From: an uncultured beta proteobacterium | GTDB taxonomy: Bacteria; Pseudomonadota; Gammaproteobacteria; Burkholderiales; SHXO01 | Length of the DNA: 64,000 nt | Reading direction: 5' to 3' | Assembly (NCBI GenBank): GCA_963827575.1 | Contig: CAWHCG010000048.1 | Coordinates: forward strand, 124,060-188,059 | Shown: one piece after another, positions 10,120 through 23,996 of the stretch | Numbering within the stretch: the stretch's first letter is position 1 | Layout: each line of letters starts with the position of its first letter | Translations under genes and position numbers: made by a program | Notes under the pieces: generated by a model | The model's database searches: none | The model's input: the letters and a program-made list of their open reading frames with translations, nothing else | Told to the model about the DNA's origin: nothing

Positions 10120-10966
10120 ATGCAGCAGAAGCGTACTGCCATGAAAGACAGCGACATTTCAGAGGCTGAAGGCGGAACGGGCGGCGATTTTGTGCGGGCG
10201 CTGGCGAAGGGACTCGCGGTCATCGAAGCCTTCGACGCAGGCTCCCCGGCGATGACGCTCAGCGATGTCGCCCGGAAAACTGGCCTGTCGCGCGGAACGT
10301 CGCGGCGTCTGCTCCTGACGCTGGTCGAAATCGGCTACGCCGGCTTCGACGGCAAGCACTTCTGTCTGCGCCCGCGCGTGCTCAACCTCGGGTTCGCCTA
10401 CCTCAACTCGCAGACTCTGTGGCAGCTGGCTCAACCCTACATGGTCGAACTGGTCGAGCAGGTTCACGAGTCCTGCTCCATCTCAGTGCTCGACGGCACG
10501 GACATCGTGTACGTGGCGCGCGTTCCCACGGCTGCGCGCATCATGTCCATCAATCTCGGGATTGGCACGCGCCTGCCGCGCATTCGCGACCTCCATGGGC
10601 CGCGTCCTGCTCTCGGGCTTGCCCGACGAGGAGATCGCGCGCCTGCTCGCCGCAGGTCTCGCCCCTGCCCCGCCATACCGTCCAAGACCATCGCCGACCC
10701 CAGGGAGCTGCTGCGGGAGATCGAGCAGGTGCGCCGGCAGGGCTGGGCGCTGGTGGACCAGGAGCTCGAGCAGGGCCTGCGCTCCGTGGCAGTGCCGGTC
10801 CTGGATTGTGCGAGCGCCGCCGATTGCAGCCCTCAACATGGGCACGCACGCGTCCCGCTGGACGATCCAGAAGCTGACCCAGGAGGCATTGCCGTTGCTC
10901 AAGCAGACGGCAGCACAGATCTCCGGGCTGCTGGCGCCCGAGAAGCGGGCGAGAAGAAGTCAGTAA
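10120..10966 (+). CDS. pcaR: IclR-family transcriptional regulator (PcaR/PcaU-like), frameshifted
   Basis: GDFVRALAKGLAVIEAFDAGSPAMTLSDVARKTGLSRGTSRRLLLTLVEIGY...DGTDIVYVARVPTA...GIGTRLP then AFATSMGRVLLSGLPDEEIARLL then TIADPRELLREIEQVRRQGWALVDQELEQGLRSVAVPVLD then RAPPIAALNMGTHASRWTIQKLTQEALPLLKQTAAQISG. Confidence 0.75.
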
Positions 10967-11045
10967 CGAGTACTCGCCACTCGGGACTTATTCTTGCTGT
11001 TCTGGCAGGTTATCATTTGCCGCCAGCCTCACCGATCGCCCGCCC

Positions 11046-11882
11046 ATGCAGACCCCAGCCCCGACCCTCGATTCCAAGACGCTGGGAGCACGGCTCGCCG
11101 TCGGCGGGACCGCCGAGATCTTCGCGATGGATGCGGGGCGTGTCCTCAAGCTGTACTGGGGCGGTGCCGCGCCCAGCGCAGCAGAGCGCGAGGCGGAACG
11201 GGCTCGCGCGGCGCATCTCGCCGGCGCCCCCTCCCCTGCCGTGCTCGACGTGCTGGCCGCCGACGATCGTTTTGGCGTGATGTTCGAGTACGTGCCGGGT
11301 CCGTCGATGCTGCAGGCGATGACGGATGACCCGACGCGCGCGCAATCCCTGATTTGCGACCTCGCCCGGCTGCACGCCGACCTTCACGCGCTCCCGGGCA
11401 CCGGGTTGCCGCCACAGCGCGAGCATCTGAGCCGCCGCATCGCGCTCTCACCACTCAATCACCGCTTGCGTGCGACGGTCCTGGCAACGCTGTCGAAGCT
11501 ACCCGGCGGAGACGCCCTGTGTCACGGCGACTTCCATCCGGGCAATGTCCTGCTGGCCGGGTCCGGGCCCTCGATCGTCGATTGGTTCGACGCAGTGCGC
11601 GGCGATCCGGCTGCGGACGTTGCCCGCACCCTCCTGTTGCTGCAGTATGCCAGAGCGCCTGGAGACAGTGCGCTCGAGAACGAGCGCAGCGACCTGACCG
11701 CGCTCTACCTGCAGGAGTACCGGCGCCGGCACGAAGTCTCCTCCGAAGCGCTGCAGGCCTGGGCGTTGCCGGTTGCCACGGCACGCCTCGCCGAGCCGAT
11801 CGCCGGCCAGGAGCGCGCGACCCTGCTGCGGCTCATCGAGGGTATGCTCGCCGCCCAGGCTCCCTCCGCGACGCCGCTGTGA
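11046..11882 (+). CDS. Aminoglycoside phosphotransferase (APH)/choline-kinase-like protein kinase-fold protein
   Basis: Intact 278 aa; CHGDFHPGNVLL catalytic-loop motif and ...DWFDAVRGDPAADVA. Confidence 0.8.
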   Translation: MQTPAPTLDSKTLGARLAVGGTAEIFAMDAGRVLKLYWGGAAPSAAEREAERARAAHLAGAPSPAVLDVLAADDRFGVMFEYVPGPSMLQAMTDDPTRAQSLICDLARLHADLHALPGTGLPPQREHLSRRIALSPLNHRLRATVLATLSKLPGGDALCHGDFHPGNVLLAGSGPSIVDWFDAVRGDPAADVARTLLLLQYARAPGDSALENERSDLTALYLQEYRRRHEVSSEALQAWALPVATARLAEPIAGQERATLLRLIEGMLAAQAPSATPL

Positions 11883-11934
11883 CGCGGCGCTGGCCCCCGT
11901 GGGACTGAATTAGATCCCCAAGGGCAGGGCTAGT

Positions 11935-12789
11935 CTAGATGAACGGATCGGTGCTCCAGAACTGGTGCCACTCGGGCAACGCCTCGCCGGCCATCGGGCG
12001 GGCGATGAAATAGCCTTGCGCCATGTCGCAGCCGAGCTCATTGACCACGTCCCATTCCTCGTGGTTCTCGACGCCCTCGGCTACCGCTTTGAAGTTGAGC
12101 TCGCGAGCGATGTCGAGACCGGTCTGCAGCAACTCTCTCAACGGCGGGCGGCGCGAGGCACCGATGAGCAGCTTGCGGTCGATCTTGAGCTCGCTGGCGG
12201 GGATGCGCTCGAGCTGCGCTCGCGGACAGTGGCCGGTGCCATAGTCGTCGATGGCGAGCCCAAAGCCCTTCACGCGCAGCTGGACCAGGTTCTCAAGCGA
12301 GTTGCCGATGTTGTGGGCGACCGCGGATTCCGACACCTCGATCACGAGGCAGTGTGCGGGCAGGTCGTGCGCACGCGCCTTCGCCTCGATGCGGCCCGCG
12401 ATATCCCCATCGACCAGCAGGTTGGGCGACAGGTTCACGGACACGGGCACGTCCAGCCCGTGGTCACGCCAGCGCCGGCACTGCAGGATGGACTTTTCTA
12501 CGATGAGCATGGTCAGCTCATCGAACAGGAAGTTGTCCTCTACCAGGGGCAGAAATACGCTCGCCGGCAGCAGGCCGCGCGCCGGGTGCTTCCAGCGGAT
12601 CAGGGCTTCGACGCCGGCAAGGTCCATGCCGCGCAGGCTGACCTTGGGCTGGAAGAAGGGCACGAACTCGTCGGCCTCGATCGCCTTCCAGATCTCATCC
12701 AGCGCCAGGGGCCGCGCCATGATCTCCTCCGGCGGTTCCAGGCCGCTGTTTCCCCAAGAAATTTCCTGCTCCACGCCGATTGTCTCCAT
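11935..12789 (-). CDS. Stand-alone EAL-domain protein (c-di-GMP phosphodiesterase-like)
   Basis: FQPKVSL...EALIRWKHP...NLSP...DDYGTGHCP...ELKIDRKL...AEGVENHEEW...QGYFIARP; start ambiguous (METIG at 12789 or MARPL at 12717). Confidence 0.8.
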   Translation of the reverse strand: METIGVEQEISWGNSGLEPPEEIMARPLALDEIWKAIEADEFVPFFQPKVSLRGMDLAGVEALIRWKHPARGLLPASVFLPLVEDNFLFDELTMLIVEKSILQCRRWRDHGLDVPVSVNLSPNLLVDGDIAGRIEAKARAHDLPAHCLVIEVSESAVAHNIGNSLENLVQLRVKGFGLAIDDYGTGHCPRAQLERIPASELKIDRKLLIGASRRPPLRELLQTGLDIARELNFKAVAEGVENHEEWDVVNELGCDMAQGYFIARPMAGEALPEWHQFWSTDPFI

Positions 12790-12923
12790 GGCTTCTCCGC
12801 GTGGCTCGCTGCAAGCCCCGGCGTCCACCGCTGAAGCTAATTTCGTCTTGCGCCAGAGAGACTTGAGGCCCGACGGCACGGGGTAGAATCCAGGCTTCCC
12901 TGGCCCTTGCGACGAACCATTCC

Positions 12924-14069
12924 ATGCTGCCCCTGTCAGGCGTGCGGGTGCTCGACTTCAGTACCCTCCTTCCCGGCCCCATGGCCACATTGCTGCTGGC
13001 GGAGGCGGGCGCAGAAGTGATCAAGATCGAGCGGCCCGGCAGCGGCGAAGAACTGCGCCGCTACCAGCCGCGCTTCGGCGACACCAGCGTCGCGTTCGCG
13101 ATGCTCAATCGCGGAAAGCGCAGCATCGCCATCGACCTGAAGGCGGCGGATGTGCTGGAGCGGCTGCGCCCGCTGATCGAATCGGCAGACATCGTCGTCG
13201 AGCAGTTCCGCCCCGGAGTGATGGATCGGCTGGGGCTGGGGTACGTGGCGCTGAAGCAGATCAATCCACGCATTGTGTACTGCACGATCACCGGCTTCGG
13301 CCAGGACGGGCCAAAGGCGCAGATCGCCGCTCACGATCTGAACTACCAGGCCGCCGCCGGACTGCTATCGATCTCGGCCGGCGGCGATGGCGCGCCGGTG
13401 GTCCCCTCGGCGCTGATCGCAGACATCGCCGGCGGGGCCTACCCGGCCGTCATGAACATCCTGCTCGCGCTGCTGCAGCGCCAGCACACGGGGCAAGGTT
13501 GCAAGCTGGATGTGTCGATGACCGACGGTTTGTTCCCGTTCCTGTACGGGGCCATCGGTAGCGCCGCTGCCACCGGCGCCTGGCCGCGCCCGGCCGGGGA
13601 CCCGCTCTCGGGAGGCAGTCCCCGCTATCAGCTCTATCGCACCAAGGATGGCCGCTATCTCGCCGTCGCGCCCCTGGAGGAGAAGTTCTGGCAGAACTTC
13701 TGCGAGGCGATCGAGCTGCCGGCGGCCGCACGCGATGATCACAAGGACCCGGTCGCAACCATCCGCACGGTGCGCGAGATCATCGCCCAGCGCAGCGCCG
13801 ACGAGTGGCTGCTGCACTTCGAGGGCAAGGACGTGTGCGTCAACGTCGTCGCCTCGCTGGAAGAGGCCATGAGCGATTCCCAGTTTCGCGACCGCGGTCT
13901 GTTCAGCCGCAGCGTAGTCAGCGCAGACCACGATGCACTGCCGGCGGTCAGCGTACCGGTCTGCGAACCGCTGCGGGATCCGCGCACCGAGCTCAAGTAT
14001 CCGCGATTGGGCGAGGCGAATGCGATGCTGGCCGATCCAAGCTCAGGAGAAACGCATAGTGCGGACTAG
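12924..14069 (+). CDS. Family III CoA-transferase (CaiB/BaiF family)
   Basis: Intact 381 aa; MLPLSGVRVLDFSTLLPGPMATLLLAEAGAEVIKIERPGSGEE... canonical CaiB/BaiF N-terminus. Confidence 0.85.
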   Translation: MLPLSGVRVLDFSTLLPGPMATLLLAEAGAEVIKIERPGSGEELRRYQPRFGDTSVAFAMLNRGKRSIAIDLKAADVLERLRPLIESADIVVEQFRPGVMDRLGLGYVALKQINPRIVYCTITGFGQDGPKAQIAAHDLNYQAAAGLLSISAGGDGAPVVPSALIADIAGGAYPAVMNILLALLQRQHTGQGCKLDVSMTDGLFPFLYGAIGSAAATGAWPRPAGDPLSGGSPRYQLYRTKDGRYLAVAPLEEKFWQNFCEAIELPAAARDDHKDPVATIRTVREIIAQRSADEWLLHFEGKDVCVNVVASLEEAMSDSQFRDRGLFSRSVVSADHDALPAVSVPVCEPLRDPRTELKYPRLGEANAMLADPSSGETHSAD

Positions 14070-14078
14070 CCGGGTGCC

Positions 14079-16367
<2,289 letters not shown>

Positions 16368-16537
16368 CCGGGACTCCTCCAGAGCGTATGTTTTAGTTGT
16401 TCCAGAACCGCGATTGGCCGCCGAGCTCACAGAGGAAAGCCGGGCCAGGTGAGCTCATTGGCGCAATCCAAAAGCGGAAATCTCTGCAAACTCTGTGATC
16501 ACTGTTGCTGCTGTGCGCGCCAAGGCCGGGAAACGCT

Positions 16538-16972
16538 TCACCCAACGAGCGGATTGAACACCGTCACTCCCGGGAAGCGGCCGAAATTGCGGTCTGCCGT
16601 CCACAACTGCTTGACCCCGTGCATCGAGCACAATGCGGCTATTCTGGCATCGTGCACCAGCGGCCCGCCGATCCGACCGGCCTCGACGGTGGCGCGCAAC
16701 TCGGGCCAGTACGCATCGGACTCGGACAGCAGAACGACGCTGGGTGACTCCAGCCACGCCTCGACCTGGTCGAGCGCAGCGGGCAGAGGAGTGGGGGGCG
16801 AATAGATGCGCGGATGCGTGGTGATGGCGAGGAACTCGTGCAGGCAGGGCCAGGGAATCGCCCAGGGAGCGCGGTCCTGAGCGAGCTCCGCAACGCGGGC
16901 ATAGGCGACGTCGTGCCACTGCGAGTCCTCGCGGTGCGCGTACACCAGGATATTCGTGTCGACCGCGATCAC
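16538..16972 (-). CDS. vapC: Type II toxin VapC (PIN domain)
   Basis: MIAVDTNILVYAHRED...LLSESDAYW...ADRNFGRFPGV; overlaps upstream antitoxin by 4 nt. Confidence 0.85.
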   Translation of the reverse strand: MIAVDTNILVYAHREDSQWHDVAYARVAELAQDRAPWAIPWPCLHEFLAITTHPRIYSPPTPLPAALDQVEAWLESPSVVLLSESDAYWPELRATVEAGRIGGPLVHDARIAALCSMHGVKQLWTADRNFGRFPGVTVFNPLVG

Positions 16973-17214
16973 CCGCCGCGACCTTCGTAGGCGAGCGTAC
17001 GGATCCGCTCCCAGTCCGTGCTGTCGACGCCGGGCTGAAGGCCGTTGCCCTTGAAACTGGCTTTGCGCAGCCGGAAGGCGATGCTGCGCCTGCGCTCGCT
17101 CACCACCCGGCGCAGCCCCTGCTCGACCAGCGCCTTGACCGTCGTGCCCTCGCGCGCTGCGAGCTTGCGTGCCTCTTCCAACAGGGGATCGGGAATATCG
17201 ATGGTGGTCTTCAT
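16969..17214 (-). CDS. vapB: Type II antitoxin (VapB-like)
   Basis: MKTTIDIPDPLLEEARKLAAREGTTVKALVEQGLRRVVSERRR; small, basic, immediately upstream of PIN gene. Confidence 0.6.
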   Translation of the reverse strand: MKTTIDIPDPLLEEARKLAAREGTTVKALVEQGLRRVVSERRRSIAFRLRKASFKGNGLQPGVDSTDWERIRTLAYEGRGG

Positions 17215-17515
17215 GTTGCTAACCATATCAGGTTGGCCGTACGGCTGTAAAGTAAGCCTCCCGCGGGGCCGACCGCGTGGGCCGCCTCATGCATCTGCGG
17301 GTCGTGCGGGTTGGTCATGGTCGCCCGCGCGCCTGGCGGATCGTCGGTGCGAGGAGCTCCGCAGTGGGCTCGCCGCGCGGCCGGAGCCCGTCAGTGAGAG
17401 CCGCAGGGTGCCGGTTGAAGGCGTGGAAATCGCGCCCGGCCGCCCCCCGAGTCACCGCCCGCCATTTGCTGACAACCATTTGATTAATTGTGTAATATCG
17501 GCATTCGGCCGGGCC

Positions 17516-17544
17516 CTTGAAAAACCCCTGCAGCGTCCCCATAT
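17516..17544 (+). promoter_or_regulatory. Sigma-32 (RpoH) heat-shock promoter for groESL
   Basis: CTTGAAA N14 CCCCATAT ~80 nt upstream of groES; no CIRCE inverted repeat found. Confidence 0.7.
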
Positions 17545-17622
17545 GCAGCTGCGCTGGCGGCAACGCGAGCAACAACCCAACACCAATAGCAATCAGCCAA
17601 CTTTGGCATCAAGAGGTGACTG

Positions 17623-19559
<1,937 letters not shown>

Positions 19560-19585
19560 TCCGGTCTGCAGTCGGTCTTGAACGA

Positions 19586-19610
19586 GCCCCGCCCCGCGCG
19601 GGGCTTTTTC
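19586..19610 (+). terminator. Rho-independent terminator after groEL
   Basis: gcccc gcgc ggggc followed by ttttt. Confidence 0.6.
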
Positions 19611-19762
19611 TTTGCGGCGACTGCTCGGGGTGCGCGAGTCCGTGTTCGAAGAAGTTTGACCGTGACACCCGAGCCGCGCTGTTTCGCGCTGTCAGGTATG
19701 CTGTCCCGGTCGGAGGCAGCAGCCGGCGCCCGGCGCTACAGTGGAGAGGTACGCGAACCGTC

Positions 19763-22700
19763 ATGAGCTGTACAGGCTGTGGGTTCGAAGCCGCGGAGGA
19801 CTTTGCTTTTTGCCCGAAATGCGGGACGAAGCTCGCCGCCACATGTCCCGCGTGCGGCGCTCCGACCGCGCCGGACTTCGCCTTCTGTTCGCGTTGCGGC
19901 GGGAATCTCGGGGTGGCTGCAGTTGCACCCGAGACGGCGCCGCTGTCGGCCAATCCCGTCCCCGACTCGGAGTACGCCGACCGCCGTCCCGTGACCGTGC
20001 TGTTTGCCGATCTCACCGGCTTCACCGCACTCAGCGAGCGCCTCGACCCCGAGGACGTTCGTGCGCTCCAGAGTGAGCTCTATGGGGAGCTGCGCGCGGC
20101 GCTGACGCGCTTCGGTGGCTTCATGGAGAAGTTTGTCGGCGACGCCGCAATGGCTATGTTCGGTGCTCCGGTCGCTCATGAGGAAGATCCGGAGCGCGCG
20201 CTCCGAGCGGCGCTGGAGATGCATGCCCGCGTCACCGCTCTGGGCGCTCGGTGGGAGCGCAGACTTGGCGGTCCGCTGACCCTGCATGTGGGGATCGATA
20301 CCGGTCGCGTCGTTGCCGGCAACATCGGTTCAGCCGAGGGAGCGTACGCCGTGACGGGGGACACGGTGAACACTGCCGCGCGGCTGCAGTCCGCGGCGCA
20401 ACCCGGTGAAACGCTGGTGAGTCGGGCCACCTATCTTCTTACCCATCACGCCTTCGTCTTCGAGCCAAGCGCAACGGTGACACTGAAAGGCAAGGCTGAG
20501 CCGCTGCCGACCTACCGGCTCGTCGGCGTCGAGGACCAGCCGCGGTCCGCCCGCGGGCTCGAGGCCCATGGCCTCCAGGCCCCGCTGGTGGGGCGCGACG
20601 CCGAGATGAAGCAGATGCTGGCGGCTTTCGATCTCGCGCTGCGCGGGCGTTCCCAGGTCGTAAGTCTGATCGGGGAAGCGGGCGCCGGCAAGTCGCGCCT
20701 GGTGGAGGAATTTCTCGAACGCATCCAGGCGCGAGGGGACGCCCACACCGTTACCGTACGCAGCGCAGTGTGCTCCTCGCTCGGCGAGCAACCCTATGGC
20801 GTCATTGCCATGTTCATTCGCCAGGGCTACGGACTCGTGCCGGCGGATTCGGTGGAGGCCGCGCGACGGAAGATCGAGGAGGGTCTGCGCGGGCTGGGCG
20901 TGGGCGCCGAAGAGGCCGCAGGTGTCGCGCCGATGGTGGGCTACGTTCTGGGGCTGCAGTCGGCCGAGCGCGCCCCCGACATCGAGCCCGACCGCCTCAG
21001 TCGCCAGATCCTGATGCTGGTGCGGATAGTGCTGGAACGGCGCCTCGATCAGGGGCCACTGTTGTTAGTAGTCGAGGATCTCCACTGGGCAGACGCTGCC
21101 TCGATCCAGGGGATGCGCCTGCTCGTCGACTGGTTCGCCGACCGGCCGCTGATGTTGCTCTTCACCTACCGCCCGAGTTTCGACAACCGGGCGCTGGGTG
21201 TCGTGCGGGCCACGCATACAGCGTTGCGCCTGGCGCCGCTCTCCGACGCGGACATCGACGCGATGCTGGACGGGCTGTTCGCTACCGCCGCCAGCCGTTG
21301 CATCTCGAGCGATCTTCACCAGCTCATCGTGCGACGCGCCGGCGGCAATCCCTTCTACCTCGAGGAGATCCTGCGCGGATTGATCGCCGAGGGCATCCTC
21401 GTCGGTGGAGCAGACGGCTGGACGTGCGCAGGACAGGCCAGCCTGGCCGACGTGCCACCCACCATCGAGGCGCTGCTCCTGTCACGCGTCGATCGGTTGT
21501 CCACGCAGCTTCGGCGTTGCCTGCAGGAAGCTGCGGTAGTGGGACCCGTGTTCGACCCGCTGCTCCTGCGCCTGGTCGCCGGCGAGCCGCTCGACGAGAC
21601 GGTCTTCGAGCGCCTGAGTCAGGCCGAGCTGATCGAAGAGGTCCGCGATGCGAGCACTCGGGGCGTCGCACCGCGCGAGCGGCCGTATCGGTTCGCTCAC
21701 GCGCTCGTGCACGAGGTCGTCTACCGCAATCTGCTGCTCAGCCGGCGCACCGAGCTCCACGGCCGCGCGGGACAGGCGCTGGAACAGCTCCGGGGAGCGC
21801 GGCCCGAGCGTCTGGAGGATCTGGCCCTGCTCGGTCACCACTTCGGCCTCAGCGACGACCCGCGGCGCGGCGCGCGCTACCTGGTTGCGGCAGGCGACTG
21901 GGCCCGGGGGATCTACGCCAACGACGACGCAATACGCCATTACGACCAAGCCCTGCGCATCCTGCAGGGCTGTGATGTCTGCACAGCCGACACAGTCGAG
22001 ATTCACGAACGCCTGGGTGACCTCCTGGTCCCGCTGGGTCGCGGGCCGGAAGCGCTGGAGCACTACGAGACCGTCCGCCGCGTGGCGGAGGAGACCGGCG
22101 ACGATGTGAGGCAAGCCCGCGTCTGCCGCAAGATCGGAGGCGTGCATTGGGACGCCGGCGAGCGAAAGCAAGGGTTGGCGTGCTTCGAAACCGGACTGGG
22201 CTTGCTTGAAGGACGCGTGGAGCACATCGAGCTCGCCTATCTGTATCAGGAGATGGGACGGCTCGCGTTCCGCAGCGGAGACAACGAGGGTGCGGTCGAG
22301 TGGTCCCAGCGCGCGCTCGCGCAGGCTGAGCGTGCCACCGCGCGCGCAAGCGCCGGCGATTCCGAGGCGCGGCGCGAGGCCGCCGACGCGGTCGCGCACG
22401 CTCTCAATACGCTCGGGTCCGCGCTCGCCCGACTCGATCGCGCCGAAGAAGCTGTTCAGCACATCGAGCGCAGCGTGGCCGTCGCTCAATCCGAAGGATC
22501 GCTGCAGGTCGCATGCCGCAGCTACGCTAACCTTGGCGTCCTGTATTCCACGCTGAATCCCGGCCGCGCAGTCGAAACCTGCCTGACCGGCCTCGAGACG
22601 GCCCGCAAGATCGGCGATCTCGGCTTTCAATCGCGCCTGTATGCCAACCTTGCCGTGGCATACTGCGCGCTGACGGACCGTTGCGACGTCGATGGCCTGC

Positions 22701-23023
22701 GAGCGGCGCAGGCCGCGATCGATCTGGACCGGCGGATGGGTCAGCGCGATCATCTGGCGGTGCCGCTCATCGTTCTGGGACAGATCCATCAGTGTCACGG
22801 TGAGCTCGACGCCGCACTGCGTTACTATCAGGAAGCGCTGGTCGTGGCCGAGGAAACCGGTGAGCCGCAGCTGCTGTTCCCTTGCTACGACGGCATCGCG
22901 ACGGTGCACCTGGATCGTGGCGAACGCGCCGAGGCGGAGCGCTACCTCGTGAAGGCCCAACACGTCTGCGAGCAAGCCGGTGTGGACCGCGACTCACTTG
23001 TGGTGCTTCCGTTTCTATGCTGA
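19763..23023 (+). CDS. Multidomain signalling protein: N-terminal double zinc ribbon, class III adenylate/guanylate cyclase domain, STAND/AAA ATPase and C-terminal TPR array
   Basis: CTGCGFEAAEDFAFCPKCG / CPACGAPTAPDFAFCSRCG; VTVLFADLTGFTALSE...FVGDAAMAMFGAP...GIDTGRVVAGNIGS...YAVTGDTVNTAARLQ; Walker A SLIGEAGAGKSRL; repeated TPR-like helices to C-terminus; intact 1086 aa. Confidence 0.85.
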   Translation: MSCTGCGFEAAEDFAFCPKCGTKLAATCPACGAPTAPDFAFCSRCGGNLGVAAVAPETAPLSANPVPDSEYADRRPVTVLFADLTGFTALSERLDPEDVRALQSELYGELRAALTRFGGFMEKFVGDAAMAMFGAPVAHEEDPERALRAALEMHARVTALGARWERRLGGPLTLHVGIDTGRVVAGNIGSAEGAYAVTGDTVNTAARLQSAAQPGETLVSRATYLLTHHAFVFEPSATVTLKGKAEPLPTYRLVGVEDQPRSARGLEAHGLQAPLVGRDAEMKQMLAAFDLALRGRSQVVSLIGEAGAGKSRLVEEFLERIQARGDAHTVTVRSAVCSSLGEQPYGVIAMFIRQGYGLVPADSVEAARRKIEEGLRGLGVGAEEAAGVAPMVGYVLGLQSAERAPDIEPDRLSRQILMLVRIVLERRLDQGPLLLVVEDLHWADAASIQGMRLLVDWFADRPLMLLFTYRPSFDNRALGVVRATHTALRLAPLSDADIDAMLDGLFATAASRCISSDLHQLIVRRAGGNPFYLEEILRGLIAEGILVGGADGWTCAGQASLADVPPTIEALLLSRVDRLSTQLRRCLQEAAVVGPVFDPLLLRLVAGEPLDETVFERLSQAELIEEVRDASTRGVAPRERPYRFAHALVHEVVYRNLLLSRRTELHGRAGQALEQLRGARPERLEDLALLGHHFGLSDDPRRGARYLVAAGDWARGIYANDDAIRHYDQALRILQGCDVCTADTVEIHERLGDLLVPLGRGPEALEHYETVRRVAEETGDDVRQARVCRKIGGVHWDAGERKQGLACFETGLGLLEGRVEHIELAYLYQEMGRLAFRSGDNEGAVEWSQRALAQAERATARASAGDSEARREAADAVAHALNTLGSALARLDRAEEAVQHIERSVAVAQSEGSLQVACRSYANLGVLYSTLNPGRAVETCLTGLETARKIGDLGFQSRLYANLAVAYCALTDRCDVDGLRAAQAAIDLDRRMGQRDHLAVPLIVLGQIHQCHGELDAALRYYQEALVVAEETGEPQLLFPCYDGIATVHLDRGERAEAERYLVKAQHVCEQAGVDRDSLVVLPFLC

Positions 23024-23037
23024 AAGGAGAGCAATCC

Positions 23038-23691
23038 ATGACAACGCCCGAAGCCCCGCATCGAGTGCAGCCTGGCGAAGCTGCCCCCAACTTCGAGCTG
23101 CCGAAGGTGCAGAACGAAGGAACGGTGTCGCTTGCCGACTACCGTGGCAGGCGCCCGGTGTTTCTGGCCCTGTTCGTCGGGCTCTACTGCCCGTTCTGCC
23201 GGCGCAGCATCACGCGACTCGGCGCGCTGCGGGACAAGCTCGAGGCGGCCGGCGTGGAGACACTGGGCGTCGTCGCAACGGAGGTCGACAACGCCAGGCT
23301 CTACTTCAAGTATCGACCGAGCAAGCTGCCCCTGGCCGCAGATCCCGAATTCAGCACCCACCGCGCCTATGGCTTACACAAGATCCAGGTGAACGATGCG
23401 ATGATGGCGGCGGCCAGCGCACTCAGGATCAACCCTACCGGCGATCTGCCCGAGCCCCTGCCGCCCCAGCAGGCCGCGGATGCGCTGGACCGGGCCGAGG
23501 GCTACCAGAGAACCGAAGCAGACCTGCGCGATATCGAACGGCAATGGCCTCTCGTCAAAGGGCAATTCCTGGTGGATCGGGAAGGCATCGTGCGCTGGGC
23601 GAATGTCGAATGCGAGGCCGACGGCTTCGCCGGCATCGGCAAATTCCCCTCGGACGACGAGATCCTGGCCGCGGTGCGCGTGGTGGCTTGA
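23038..23691 (+). CDS. Peroxiredoxin/AhpC-TSA (redoxin) family protein
   Basis: RBS aggag 8 nt upstream; ...PVFLALFVGLYCPFCRR... CxxC redox motif. Confidence 0.75.
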   Translation: MTTPEAPHRVQPGEAAPNFELPKVQNEGTVSLADYRGRRPVFLALFVGLYCPFCRRSITRLGALRDKLEAAGVETLGVVATEVDNARLYFKYRPSKLPLAADPEFSTHRAYGLHKIQVNDAMMAAASALRINPTGDLPEPLPPQQAADALDRAEGYQRTEADLRDIERQWPLVKGQFLVDREGIVRWANVECEADGFAGIGKFPSDDEILAAVRVVA

Positions 23692-23718
23692 GCTGCCGCT
23701 GCTGCAAGTCGGCTAGCT

Positions 23719-23890
23719 AGCCCTCCCTCTCCCCTCCTCTGCCGAGGAGGGGAGCCCACGAAGTGGGCGGGGTGGTGCTCTCCCCCTCCTGCCCGAGGAG
23801 GGGTGCCCACGAAGCGGGCGGGGTGGTGCTCTCCCCTCCTGCCCGAGGAGGGGTGCCCACGAAGTGGGCGGGGTGGTGGGAGCCCGGTCC
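23719..23890. repeat. Three tandem ~51-bp GC-rich palindromic units (REP-like) in convergent intergenic region
   Basis: ctc(c)cctcctgcccgaggaggggtgcccacgaag(t/c)gggcggggtggtg x3; each unit has cccctcct/aggagggg inverted repeat. Confidence 0.8.
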
Positions 23891-23996
23891 CCAAACCACC
23901 CCGTCGCCTTCGGCGCCACCCCTCCTTGGAAAGGAGCGGAGAAGCCCAGCGCCCGCGCGGCGGAATTGGAGCTGGAAATGATAGTGCGGCGTGGCG

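Noticed and set aside
17440-17620. CIRCE (HrcA) operator upstream of groES
   Set aside because: No TTAGCACTC-N9-GAGTGCTAA-like inverted repeat is present. A sigma32 consensus (CTTGAAA-N14-CCCCATAT) is present instead.
23719-23890. Possible CRISPR array
   Set aside because: There are only three contiguous ~51-bp units with no unique spacers. Each unit is itself an internal palindrome. The same GGGAGGGG motif family occurs singly elsewhere. This is REP-like, not CRISPR.
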